Positions 1-9,048 of a stretch of 64,000 bases of DNA are shown here, piece after piece. The stretch is from an uncultured Bacilli bacterium (GTDB lineage Bacteria; Bacillota_I; Bacilli_A; RF39; UBA660): the NCBI GenBank assembly GCA_947631205.1, contig CANRKL010000001.1:4802-68801 (forward strand), written 5' to 3'. The notes beneath the pieces are model-generated. The model saw nothing but the letters and a program-made list of their open reading frames with translations, did not search any database and had not been told where the DNA came from. Positions within the stretch are counted from its first letter, which is position 1. The number at the start of each line of letters is the position of its first letter. The translations under genes were made by a program, and so were the position numbers.

Positions 1-1230
1 AAACTAGATGAAACATTAAGTAAACTAAAAGAAGAAGAAAAAACTCTAAGAGAAAGATGGACTTTGGAACAAGAAAATAAACAAGCTATTAATCGTAAGA
101 AAGAAGAATTAGACAAAGCTCGATTCTCATTATCTCAAGCTGAAAATAACTACGATTTAGAAACAGTTGCTCGTCTAAAACATGGAGAAATACCAGCCCT
201 AGAACAAGAATTAAAAGACTTACAAAATAAGATTTCTAATACTATGTTAAAAGATATTGTTGATGAAGAAAGTATAGCTTCAATTATATCTCGTTGGACT
301 AATATACCTATTGCTAAATTAGTAAGTGGTGAAAAAGAAAAACTTTTAAATTTACAAGCAAACTTACAAAAAAGAGTCAAAGGCCAAGATGAAGCACTTC
401 ATTTAGTTAGTGAAGCCATCCTTAGAGCTAGAAGTGGAATAAAAGACCCTAAAAGACCAATTGGCTCATTTATTTTCCTAGGTCCTACTGGTGTAGGTAA
501 AACAGAAGTAGCCAAAAGCCTAGCTTATGAATTATTTGATGATGAAAGACATATTATTAGAATTGATTGTTCAGAATATATGGAAGCCTTTAATGTATCA
601 AGACTTATTGGTTCGCCTCCAGGATATGTTGGATATGATGAGGGTGGTGAATTAACTGAAGCTGTAAGAAGAAACCCTTATAGTATAGTTTTATTTGATG
701 AAATAGAAAAAGCCCACAAAGATGTATTTAATATTCTTTTACAAATATTAGATGATGGACGACTTACTGATAGTCAAGGAAGAACTGTTGATTTTAAAAA
801 TACAATTATAATTATGACAAGTAATTTAGGCAGTGAATACATATTAGATAATGAAAGCAATGCTCATGAATTAGTTATGCAAGAATTAAAATCAGCCTTT
901 CGTCCAGAATTTATCAATCGAATTGATGAAATAATTATTTTTAATTCTTTAAGTAAAGATGTTGTAAAAGATATCTTACAAAAAATAATTACAGAATTAG
1001 AAAGTCGTTTATCTAATATAAATATTAAAATAGAATTAACTAATGAAGCTAAAACAAAAATAATAGATGAATCATATGACCCAAATTATGGAGCAAGGCC
1101 AATAAAAAGATATGTTACTAAAAATATTGAGTCTTTAATAGCCCATGAATTAATAAAAGAAGATATTAAAATGAATACTAAATTATTAATAGATGTTAAA
1201 AATGATAATTTTGTAGTAAATAAAATATAA
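1..1230 (+). CDS. clpB: ClpB-type AAA+ disaggregase, C-terminal part. The gene is cut off at its 5' end by the window edge; the ORF track starts it at 64. It includes the middle-domain coiled coil and the D2 ATPase module.
   Basis: The in-frame translation runs from window start and contains a long coiled-coil M-domain. The Walker A reads GPTGVGKT, Walker B reads VLFDEIEKAH, and the sensor-2/ClpB_D2-small C-terminus is present. These are hallmarks of Hsp100. Confidence 0.85.
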   Translation, partial: KLDETLSKLKEEEKTLRERWTLEQENKQAINRKKEELDKARFSLSQAENNYDLETVARLKHGEIPALEQELKDLQNKISNTMLKDIVDEESIASIISRWTNIPIAKLVSGEKEKLLNLQANLQKRVKGQDEALHLVSEAILRARSGIKDPKRPIGSFIFLGPTGVGKTEVAKSLAYELFDDERHIIRIDCSEYMEAFNVSRLIGSPPGYVGYDEGGELTEAVRRNPYSIVLFDEIEKAHKDVFNILLQILDDGRLTDSQGRTVDFKNTIIIMTSNLGSEYILDNESNAHELVMQELKSAFRPEFINRIDEIIIFNSLSKDVVKDILQKIITELESRLSNINIKIELTNEAKTKIIDESYDPNYGARPIKRYVTKNIESLIAHELIKEDIKMNTKLLIDVKNDNFVVNKI

Positions 1231-1334
1231 AAAATGAATAGAAGTGTAAATTAATAAAAAAAGTTTATGCTTCTTTTCTATTTTGTGTTAAGATGTATAT
1301 AGAAAGTAGGAGATAAAAATGGATAAAAAGACAA

Positions 1335-2933
1335 TTGGGGGGGGGGTTATTAAATAAGAAAATAGTAATCATACTACTAATTCTTACAATAACCATAACA
1401 ATAGGAGGAAGTTATGCCTTTTGGCAAATAACAAAAAGTCAAACAGGAGATAATGTGATAACTTCAGGGTGTGTAGACTTAACTATAGATAATCAAACAA
1501 ATAATATACAACTTAATAATGCTTATCCCACAGAAGATAGTGAAGGACAAAATTTAGACCCATTTATATTTACAGTAACCAATCATTGTAATGTTAAAAT
1601 GGATTATGAGATAGGATTAGAAACGTTAAGTGATACAAATTTAGAAAGTAAATATGTTAAAGTATTAATAAATGAACAAGGAAAAACTGGTAGTTCTAAA
1701 TTATTAAGTACATATGAAAATGAAAGTAAAACTATAATAGATGGAGCTAAAGAAGGAAGAATACTCTTAGAAGGAAAATTAGAACCGACAACAGATAATA
1801 ATAATCCTAGTAAAAAAGATTATGAACTAAGACTATGGTTAGATTATGACGCGGATAAAGGAGCAATGAGTAAAACATTTAGAAGTAAGATAGTATTAAG
1901 TGGAGTAGAAAATACACCCAAACGTTCTGATGAAGTATGTGATACAAATCCTGATAGTGTAGATTGTAAGTTATTAAAAAATGATGATAAAAATGAAGAA
2001 GCTCAATTAGCATATGATGGAACAGAAGAAAATAATTTAAGATATATTGGAGCAACTCCAAATAATTATATTGATATTGGGGATAGGGATTTAGATGGAC
2101 AACCAATCTTATGGCGAATAATAGGAGTTATGAATAATATGACGATTGTAGGTGATGATGATAGTGAAAGTGCATGGCAAAGTTTAGTAAAAATAATCAG
2201 AGCAGATAGCATAGGGAATTGGAGTTGGGACTCATCAGCAAGTGGAGTAAACTATGGATATGGGGTAAACGAATGGAGTGAGTCTGATTTAATGACAACC
2301 TTAAACTCTGGAGCATACTGGAGCAAGACCAGTGGACAATGTTACAGTGGTTCAAATGATAGTCAGAAAGCATGCGATTTTAGTAGTATAGGACTAACTA
2401 AGGAAGTAAGAAACAAAATAGCTAAAGTAAGATGGAATACAGGAACAATGCCAGATGAATATTCAAGTAATACGAGTAAAACAACAGCAAGTTATATGTA
2501 TCAAGGAGAGAGAAGCGATAATCACAGAAAAAAATTTTGCAGTAGTGGAAGTTACTGTAATGACATAGTAGAACGAACATCAACATGGGATGGATATATA
2601 GGACTAATGTATCCATCTGACTATGGATATGCGGTCGGCGGAGAGGTACGAAATAGTTGCTTAGCAAAAACAATGTACAACTGGAATGGAAGTAGTCCAG
2701 ATTGTAAAGGAAATGATTGGTTATTACCAACGTCATCTTATGAATGGACCCTAACTCCTGACCCTGATTCGTCGTATGCTACTTATGTGTTCAATGTGTA
2801 TTCTTCTGGATACTTGAATGAAAGTAATGTTGGACCTACTTATTCCGTTCGTCCTGTCGCTTATCTAACGCCTGGTACACAGATTGTAGTCGGTGAGGGA
2901 ACAAAAGAAAATCCGCATACCTTAAAAGCGTAA
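1335..2933 (+). CDS. TasA/camelysin-like secreted protein, 532 aa, with a SipW-type signal peptide and a ~330-aa Cys-containing C-terminal domain of unknown function. Relative to the RBS-associated ATG at 1319, the reading frame is broken by a poly-G(10) tract.
   Basis: The N-terminus has an n-region, an h-region, then SYAFWQ (compare the TasA signal-peptide motif AxFxD). Next comes VITSGCVDLTID, resembling TasA ASGTLDLSA. It is a paralog of 47926-49524, 16358-16966 and 4509-5072. Confidence 0.6.
   Translation: MGGGLLNKKIVIILLILTITITIGGSYAFWQITKSQTGDNVITSGCVDLTIDNQTNNIQLNNAYPTEDSEGQNLDPFIFTVTNHCNVKMDYEIGLETLSDTNLESKYVKVLINEQGKTGSSKLLSTYENESKTIIDGAKEGRILLEGKLEPTTDNNNPSKKDYELRLWLDYDADKGAMSKTFRSKIVLSGVENTPKRSDEVCDTNPDSVDCKLLKNDDKNEEAQLAYDGTEENNLRYIGATPNNYIDIGDRDLDGQPILWRIIGVMNNMTIVGDDDSESAWQSLVKIIRADSIGNWSWDSSASGVNYGYGVNEWSESDLMTTLNSGAYWSKTSGQCYSGSNDSQKACDFSSIGLTKEVRNKIAKVRWNTGTMPDEYSSNTSKTTASYMYQGERSDNHRKKFCSSGSYCNDIVERTSTWDGYIGLMYPSDYGYAVGGEVRNSCLAKTMYNWNGSSPDCKGNDWLLPTSSYEWTLTPDPDSSYATYVFNVYSSGYLNESNVGPTYSVRPVAYLTPGTQIVVGEGTKENPHTLKA
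1337..1346 (+). repeat. Homopolymeric G(10) tract lying between the RBS-ATG (1319) and the long tasA-like ORF.
   Basis: Counted directly as 10 consecutive G. The ATG at 1319 has an AGGAG RBS 6 nt upstream but, with 10 G, reaches a stop after 12 codons. With 9 or 12 G it reads in frame through the 532-aa ORF. Confidence 0.9.
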
Positions 2934-3004
2934 GCAAATTAGTACTTGCATATTTAAAAAAATTTTCATATAATTTTAGTAGAAAAGTGATGAATTAAAT
3001 AATT

Positions 3005-3054
3005 CTTCTAGGAGAAGTAAGGTAAGGTCCTTACAAATTACACTAGAAGTTTTT
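3005..3054 (+). terminator. Possible rho-independent terminator or structured element downstream of the tasA-like gene: CTTCTAG...CTAGAAG + TTTTT with a nested hairpin.
   Basis: A 7-bp inverted repeat is followed by a T-run. The loop is long (31 nt) and contains an inner GTAAGG/CTTAC hairpin. Confidence 0.3.
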
Positions 3055-3078
3055 CAATTTATAGGAAGGAATAAGATT

Positions 3079-4446
3079 ATGAATATTAAAATGGAAGAAA
3101 TAGTAAATTATTGTAAACAATATGGTTTTATATTTCAAGGAAGTGAAATATATGGTGGACTTTCTAATACATGGGATTATGGACCTTTAGGAAAAGAATT
3201 AAAAGAAAATATTAGAAAATCTTGGTGGAAAAAATTTATTCAAGAAAATCCTTATAATTATGGACTAGACTCAGCTATTCTTATGAATCCAGAAGTTTGG
3301 GTTGCCTCTGGTCATGTTTCAAGTTTTGCTGACCCATTAATAGATTGTAAAAAATGTAAAAGTCGTCATCGAGCTGATAAATTAATTGAAGATAGCATGG
3401 GTATTTCTGCAGATGGGTGGACTAATGAAGAAATAGAAAACTATATTAATGAAAACCAAATTAAATGTCCTATATGTGGTTCAACATCTTTTACAGGAAT
3501 AAGACAATTTAACTTATTATTTGAAACCCATCAAGGTGTTACAGAAGATACAAAAAGCAAAGTTTATTTAAGAGGTGAGACGGCCCAAGGAATATTTGTT
3601 AATTTTTTAAATGTTCAAAGAAGTATGCGTGCTAAAGTTCCTTTTGGAATTGGCCAAACAGGAAAAAGTTTTCGAAATGAAATAACTCCAGGTAATTTTA
3701 TTTTTAGAACAAGAGAATTTGAACAAATGGAATTAGAGTTTTTTTGTAAGCCTAATACTGATTTAGAATGGTTTGGTTATTGGAAAAGTTTTTGCCTTAA
3801 CTTTTTAAAAGATTTAGGAATTAATAAAGATAATTTACGTTTTAGAGACCATCAAAAAGAAGAATTAGCCTTTTATAGTAAAGCTACAACTGATATTGAA
3901 TATTTATATCCAATTGGTTGGGGAGAATTGTGGGGAATAGCTGATAGAACTGACTATGATTTATCTGTTCATGAAAAACATTCTAAACAAGAATTAAAAT
4001 ATTTAGACCCTGAGACTAATGAAAGATATATTCCTTATGTTATTGAGCCTTCTGTAGGATTAGACCGTCTTTTATTATGTGTTTTATGTGACGCCTATAA
4101 AAAAGAAAATATTAACTCGGAAGAAAGATTAGTATTAAAAATTCATCCAGCCCTAGCGCCTTATAAAGTTACAATACTACCATTAGTAAAGAAAATTCAT
4201 AGTAAAAAAGCTAAAGAAATATATGGTGATTTATCTAAATATTTTATGTGTAGTTATGATGAAGCAGGAAGTATTGGTAAAAGATATCGTCGAAGTGATG
4301 CAATTGGAACTCCTTTTGCTATTACAATCGATGATGATACCCTAAATAACAAAACAGTAACAATTAGGTATCGTGATTCCATGGAGCAACAAACAATAGA
4401 TTTAAAAGACTTAAAAGATTTTATTGTCAATAAAACAACATTTTAA
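3079..4446 (+). CDS. glyQS: Glycyl-tRNA synthetase, alpha2 (GlyQS) type.
   Basis: It contains the class II aaRS motifs and the sequence [18 protein letters not shown] typical of dimeric GlyRS. An AGGAAGGA RBS sits 8 nt upstream. Confidence 0.9.
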   Translation: MNIKMEEIVNYCKQYGFIFQGSEIYGGLSNTWDYGPLGKELKENIRKSWWKKFIQENPYNYGLDSAILMNPEVWVASGHVSSFADPLIDCKKCKSRHRADKLIEDSMGISADGWTNEEIENYINENQIKCPICGSTSFTGIRQFNLLFETHQGVTEDTKSKVYLRGETAQGIFVNFLNVQRSMRAKVPFGIGQTGKSFRNEITPGNFIFRTREFEQMELEFFCKPNTDLEWFGYWKSFCLNFLKDLGINKDNLRFRDHQKEELAFYSKATTDIEYLYPIGWGELWGIADRTDYDLSVHEKHSKQELKYLDPETNERYIPYVIEPSVGLDRLLLCVLCDAYKKENINSEERLVLKIHPALAPYKVTILPLVKKIHSKKAKEIYGDLSKYFMCSYDEAGSIGKRYRRSDAIGTPFAITIDDDTLNNKTVTIRYRDSMEQQTIDLKDLKDFIVNKTTF

Positions 4447-4508
4447 ATTTAAGAGATTGAAATAAGTTAAATAATTTGTTAAAATGGTTATAGAATAGAG
4501 GAATGAAT

Positions 4509-5072
4509 ATGGATAAAAAAATTTTTTGGTCAGTTATTGTTGTAACTGTTAGTGCTTTAGTTATATTACTTTCTTTAACTTATAATACCACTTTTTCTTA
4601 TTTTACAACTACCATTGATACTTCTGGTTATAGTGGTGCTGGTAATGGTAAGACTGGACTTACAGCTGGTGAAATTACTGGAGATGTAGTATTAAGTGGG
4701 AGTACTGATATTTTTGGTGATAAAATATATCCAGGGACTAGCCTAAATTACACTTTTACTATATCAAATCCTAATACAATAGATGTGCCAGTAAATCTAT
4801 ATTGGACTAATGTTACAAATAGTTTTATTAATAAAAATGATTTACAAATAACTTTAAAAGATAGCCATCAAAAAGAAATTATTACAGCAGCGAATAACAA
4901 AACGTTTCCTAAAAGCAATAATGAGGACTTAGTTACGAATTTAGTAGTTCCTAAAGGTGGTTCAACGACATATACATTAACAATAAATTACATAAATACT
5001 AACCAAAATCAATTTGGTGATATGGGTAAAGCATTTAAAGGAACGATAAATATTAAGAGTTATGAAGAATAA
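4509..5072 (+). CDS. Short TasA/camelysin-like secreted protein with a SipW-cognate-type signal peptide.
   Basis: The signal peptide is followed by FSYFTTT (compare TasA A-F-x-D). The segment GDKIYPGTSLNYTFTISNPN resembles TasA PGDKLTKDFQFENNG. Start chosen at the second ATG (4509; the track ORF starts at 4503), which is 7 nt from a GAGG RBS. Confidence 0.6.
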   Translation: MDKKIFWSVIVVTVSALVILLSLTYNTTFSYFTTTIDTSGYSGAGNGKTGLTAGEITGDVVLSGSTDIFGDKIYPGTSLNYTFTISNPNTIDVPVNLYWTNVTNSFINKNDLQITLKDSHQKEIITAANNKTFPKSNNEDLVTNLVVPKGGSTTYTLTINYINTNQNQFGDMGKAFKGTINIKSYEE

Positions 5073-5095
5073 AAGAAAGGTTGATTGGTGATTAG

Positions 5096-6259
5096 ATGTT
5101 AAGCTTAAGTATAGGGAAATGTACCTACGATATAACTGTACCAGTAGATAATTATCCTGTTGAAAACTCCAAAATGGTTTTAAAAGAAAAATTTGAAAGT
5201 AGTGGAGGGGCAGCTTGTAATGTTTCTGTTTTAATGGGAAGATGGAATAATGAAGCATATTATATGGGAGCTATTGGTTATGATGATTATGGTTCTAGCG
5301 TTAAAAAAGAGTTAGAAGGCTTAAAAATTAATACTAATTTCATGGAAACAAACTATGAAAAAAAGACCGCAATTCGTTATATAATTGTTAATAAAGCTAA
5401 CACATCAAGAACAATAATGATGATAGAACCTGAAGTTTTTCATTTAAAAAAAGTTGATACAGATATTAATCCAGATATAATTTATAGTGATGGTTATGAG
5501 TATTCTGCTTCTATCGCCGCTTTTCAAAAATATTCTAATGCTGTTACCGTACTTGGAGCAAGCTTAGATAGTGGTTGTGACGCCAAAGAAGTATTAGCGC
5601 TAGCTAAATATGCTAAATATGTCGTTTTCTCCCTTGATTTTGCGGAAGCCCTAACAAGATTAAAAGCAGATTTTAATAATCCTCAAACTTTATTAAATAT
5701 ATATAAAGAAATAAAAGATAAATATTCTGACCAAACTATTGTCGTTACATTAAAAAATATGGGCGCAATGTATGAAGTTAATAATGAAGTTAAAGTTATG
5801 CCAACTATCTCCGTTACTGAAATAGATAGAACAGGGGCTGGAGATATATTTGATGGAGCATTTACTTATGCTTTAGGAAAAGGGTATGATATTGAAAAAT
5901 CAATTAGAATTGCTAATATATCTGCTGGATTATCTACTACAAAATATGGTTCAAAAGATTCAATTCCATTATTATCTGATGTTATAAGCTACTATGAAGA
6001 TAAGTTTGGACCAATAGAAACAACTGAAGCTCCTAATCAAAATGTTCCAAATAATCAAGCCCAACCAGTAGCAAATAATAATCCTAATGTTGTAAATAAT
6101 GTAAATAATGCTGTAAATCAAAATGTTAATCCAGGAGTTGTACCCAATAATCAAGTCCCACCAATGCCAAATAATCCTTTAAATAATCAAGTACCTCCTG
6201 TAACTAATCAGATAAATCAACCTAATCAAGTAAATCCTCCAAGTAATCCTCAAGTATGA
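5096..6259 (+). CDS. PfkB-family carbohydrate/nucleoside kinase with a ~90-aa N/Q/P-rich low-complexity C-terminal tail.
   Basis: It has the GAGDIFDGAF...ANISAGLSTTKYG pattern (PfkB anion hole and DTxGAGD-like motif). The tail consists of PNNQ/VNN repeats. Confidence 0.8.
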   Translation: MLSLSIGKCTYDITVPVDNYPVENSKMVLKEKFESSGGAACNVSVLMGRWNNEAYYMGAIGYDDYGSSVKKELEGLKINTNFMETNYEKKTAIRYIIVNKANTSRTIMMIEPEVFHLKKVDTDINPDIIYSDGYEYSASIAAFQKYSNAVTVLGASLDSGCDAKEVLALAKYAKYVVFSLDFAEALTRLKADFNNPQTLLNIYKEIKDKYSDQTIVVTLKNMGAMYEVNNEVKVMPTISVTEIDRTGAGDIFDGAFTYALGKGYDIEKSIRIANISAGLSTTKYGSKDSIPLLSDVISYYEDKFGPIETTEAPNQNVPNNQAQPVANNNPNVVNNVNNAVNQNVNPGVVPNNQVPPMPNNPLNNQVPPVTNQINQPNQVNPPSNPQV

Positions 6260-6510
6260 TAGTATATAATTTTTATCCTAAATTAGATTTACATGGAGAA
6301 TATACAACTACAGCTTATACGGTAATTCATGAGTTTATCAAAGATAATATCAAATTAAAAAATGAGTTTATAGTGTTAATTCATGGAAAAGGAACTGGTA
6401 AATTAAAAAAAGAAGTTCATTATATTTTAGACCATGAAAAAAAAGTCCTATCTTATCAATTAGACCCATATAATCTAGGACAAACTATCGTACATTTAAA
6501 AATTAATTAA
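6256..6510 (+). CDS. Smr-domain protein (small MutS-related).
   Basis: The spacing LDLHG...IHGKGTGKLK matches the Smr signature. It is translationally coupled to the upstream kinase. Confidence 0.65.
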   Translation: MIVYNFYPKLDLHGEYTTTAYTVIHEFIKDNIKLKNEFIVLIHGKGTGKLKKEVHYILDHEKKVLSYQLDPYNLGQTIVHLKIN

Positions 6511-7354
6511 TATATCTTTTATACTTTTTTAAAATTTGTTCAACACTTTCTTTTGAACAATTTTTTATTTGACAGTATTTTTCAATATAAGAATTTAAAA
6601 AATAATCATACATTTCTTGATAATTAAAATCTAAATTATAATCATTATTAAAACTATTTAAATCTTTCATTTGATTTAAGTCAAGATAATTGCAATAACT
6701 ATGAAAAGTATAATCATATCCATACATTTTTTCTAACTTTTGAAAATGATTTACTAAATTTATAATAGAGTACTTTTCAGCATAAAATTCATCAGGTATC
6801 ATTTTATATTTATATATTTTATTAAAAATTTGTTCTTGATTCCATTTTAAATAATCTTTTTCACTTATTGTATTTAAAAATATTAAATATTCAATGTGTT
6901 CTAAATAAAAGTCATTTTTATCTAAAAAGTTATTAGTCGTGGCATGGTAACCCTCATGCAAAATGTTGTGAAGGAGAGACATATTTAAAGCATTTTGATA
7001 TTTATTAATAATTTTTATTTTTCCATTTTGAATAATTTGACCATATCCTTTTTCAATCATTTCTTTTCTAACCCAAAATTCTTTTTGATTATAATTACAG
7101 CAAAAATCAAAAATTAAATCATTATGTTGAAAATCATTATCTTTAATAACTAATTTATAAGGACTTCTCTTTTGTTTAATCGCTAAAACATTTTCTAATT
7201 CTTCAAGTAATAAATGTCTTTCACTGCTATCAATAAATTGCCAAAAATTAATATGAAATAAAGTAAATAAAGAGTTTTCTTTAGCTAAATAATCTTGTTC
7301 TCTGTATTTTTGACTACTTAGATATTTTTCTAAATTAATAAAATTATTTTTCAT
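6503..7354 (-). CDS. Hypothetical cytoplasmic protein with an HExxH motif (HEGYH); possible metallopeptidase-like fold.
   Basis: The ORF is 283 aa. No family was recognised beyond the HExxH motif. Confidence 0.5.
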   Translation of the reverse strand: MKNNFINLEKYLSSQKYREQDYLAKENSLFTLFHINFWQFIDSSERHLLLEELENVLAIKQKRSPYKLVIKDNDFQHNDLIFDFCCNYNQKEFWVRKEMIEKGYGQIIQNGKIKIINKYQNALNMSLLHNILHEGYHATTNNFLDKNDFYLEHIEYLIFLNTISEKDYLKWNQEQIFNKIYKYKMIPDEFYAEKYSIINLVNHFQKLEKMYGYDYTFHSYCNYLDLNQMKDLNSFNNDYNLDFNYQEMYDYFLNSYIEKYCQIKNCSKESVEQILKKYKRYIN

Positions 7355-7471
7355 AGCTTTCTCCTTATTAGCTATTATAAAACAATTTATAGCTATTTTA
7401 AAGTAAGAGAGTACAAAATTGATTGACTAATGACTATTTATTGTAGTAAAATTAAGAAGTAAATTTAATTT

Positions 7472-7547
7472 GTCTCCTTAGCTCAGTTGGTAGAGCAACT
7501 GACTCTTAATCAGTGGGTCTGGGGTTCGAGCCCCCAAGGGGACACCA
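7472..7547 (+). tRNA. tRNA-Lys (anticodon CTT).
   Basis: A 76-nt cloverleaf was folded by hand. It has a 7-bp acceptor stem, a GCTC/GAGC D-stem, an ACTGA/TCAGT anticodon stem with loop CTCTTAA, a GGTTCGAGCCCC T-arm, and an encoded CCA. Confidence 0.85.
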
Positions 7548-7561
7548 AATATGTATTTTAT

Positions 7562-7584
7562 CCCTTTATTTAAGGGTTTTTTAT
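7562..7584 (+). terminator. Rho-independent terminator after tRNA-Lys.
   Basis: CCCTT-tattt-AAGGG hairpin followed by TTTTTT. Confidence 0.6.
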
Positions 7585-7629
7585 TTGTTTTAAAACACAC
7601 TCTGGTCTTGTTCTGGTCTTGTTTTTTAT

Positions 7630-7722
7630 TTAATATTTTTTAGCTAATTTAGCAAGTTCACTAAAAAAGGTTAGCACAGCAATTAATACAATTCCAAAGA
7701 AGCCAACTTTATTTTTTTTCAT
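7630..7722 (-). CDS. Small ORF (30 aa) not in the ORF track; predicted single-TM micro-protein.
   Basis: Translation reads MKKNKVGFFGIVLIAVLTFFSELAKLAKKY, with a hydrophobic core. It lies between two tRNA genes. The evidence is weak. Confidence 0.2.
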   Translation of the reverse strand: MKKNKVGFFGIVLIAVLTFFSELAKLAKKY

Positions 7723-7821
7723 ATTTTATTAATTCACTTTCTAAATAAATATCATGCAAAGTTTCACCATTGATATTTAAGCAAAATAAAAAAGCCATTG
7801 TAACAAGACTTATTTTAAAAA

Positions 7822-7912
7822 TGGCGGAGCAGGAGAGATTTGAACTCTCGCGCCGGTTGCCCGACCTACACCCTTAGCAGGGGCGCCTCTTCAGCCTCTT
7901 GAGTACTACTCC
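7822..7912 (-). tRNA. tRNA-Ser (anticodon GCT), long variable arm.
   Basis: The reverse complement folds with a GGAGTAG/CTGCTCC acceptor stem and anticodon loop CTGCTAA. It has a long extra arm, a GAGTTCAAATCTC T-arm and an encoded CCA. Confidence 0.85.
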
Positions 7913-8010
7913 ATACCAAAAGCACAATTAAATTGTACTATATTTATAAGCACTAGTCAATACTAAATTTTGGGTTGCTTTTCTAACTAAATATTTATAT
8001 ACTTATTCTA

Positions 8011-9048
8011 GTGGTGAATATGAAAAAATATTTTTTATCAGCAATGCTCTTTGTTGCTTTAGTTATTTTAACTTATATCTTTGTTTTAAAAGATTGTGAT
8101 TTTAATTTATTATTTACATCAATTAAAAATACTAATCATTTTTATGTGTTTTTAAGTGCCTTAGCTGTCTTTGGGTATGTTTTCTTTGGTAGTTTATTTT
8201 TAAAAAGAATTTTGTATCATTTTAAAACTAATATTAGCTTTTATCATGCCCTAGGCTATATTTTTACTGAAATATATTTTTCAGCTATTACTCCAAGTAA
8301 TATGGGTGGTCAACCAGTTCAAATGATAGAAATGAAAAAAGATAATATCAAATATCAAACTAGTAGTGTAATCGTTTTATTTAATACCATGATGAATCGT
8401 TTAGTTTTAATATTAATAGCTACTATCTTTTTTATTCTTTTTGCTAAAGATATTTTTGGAATAAGTACTTTCTATAATTGGGTAGTAATAATAGGTTATA
8501 TTACAACTATCTTAGTTATTTTGTTATTTGCAGCCTTAATTTATTCTAAGACCATAGCTAATATATTATTAAAGATTAGTAATTATTTAATAGACCATTT
8601 AAAAATAATTAAGAAAAAAGATAAATTAAAAAATAAATTAAATAAATCATTACAAGAATATCAATCATGTGCCAAAATAACCAAAGAAAATCCTCAAATT
8701 GTTTGGGAATCTTTTGGAATTTTATTACTTCAAAGACTATCATTATTACTAGCAAGTTATACTATATATCGTTCTTTTGGCTTGCAAGAATATGGTCTTT
8801 TCTTAGTTATGGCTTTTCAAACATGTGTAACACTTGGTTCTGATTTAATGCCAACACCTGGAGGAGTAATGATTAATGAAGGTCTTCTTTTAGCCGTCAA
8901 TAAATTATTATATGGAGATTCTCTTGCTTTATCTGGTATGTTATTACTTCGTAGTTTTAATTTTTATTTCTTAGTTATCATAAGTGCTATCTTATATTTT
9001 ATATTTCATTATCGCAAAAGAAGTAAAGCTAAAATATTAGAAAGTTAA
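8011..9048 (+). CDS. Polytopic membrane protein of the lysyl-phosphatidylglycerol-synthase-TM / UPF0104 flippase-like family.
   Basis: It has 8 or more predicted TM helices. An N-terminal GG-containing motif (TPSNMGGQP) is typical of the family. Confidence 0.5.
   Translation: MVNMKKYFLSAMLFVALVILTYIFVLKDCDFNLLFTSIKNTNHFYVFLSALAVFGYVFFGSLFLKRILYHFKTNISFYHALGYIFTEIYFSAITPSNMGGQPVQMIEMKKDNIKYQTSSVIVLFNTMMNRLVLILIATIFFILFAKDIFGISTFYNWVVIIGYITTILVILLFAALIYSKTIANILLKISNYLIDHLKIIKKKDKLKNKLNKSLQEYQSCAKITKENPQIVWESFGILLLQRLSLLLASYTIYRSFGLQEYGLFLVMAFQTCVTLGSDLMPTPGGVMINEGLLLAVNKLLYGDSLALSGMLLLRSFNFYFLVIISAILYFIFHYRKRSKAKILES

Noticed and set aside
1319-1357. The 12-codon ORF from ATG 1319 (MDKKTIGGGVIK), considered as a genuine leader peptide.
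   Set aside because: It is more parsimonious to read it as the displaced N-terminus of the tasA-like gene, separated by the poly-G(10) frame shift. Its sequence aligns with the N-terminus of paralog 47926.
2934-3078. Possible T-box riboswitch upstream of glyQS. glyQS is the classic T-box-regulated gene in Bacillus.
   Set aside because: The leader is only about 145 nt. No T-box consensus (AATTAGGGTGGNACCGCG) or specifier-loop architecture was found. The structure present looks like the terminator of the upstream tasA-like gene.
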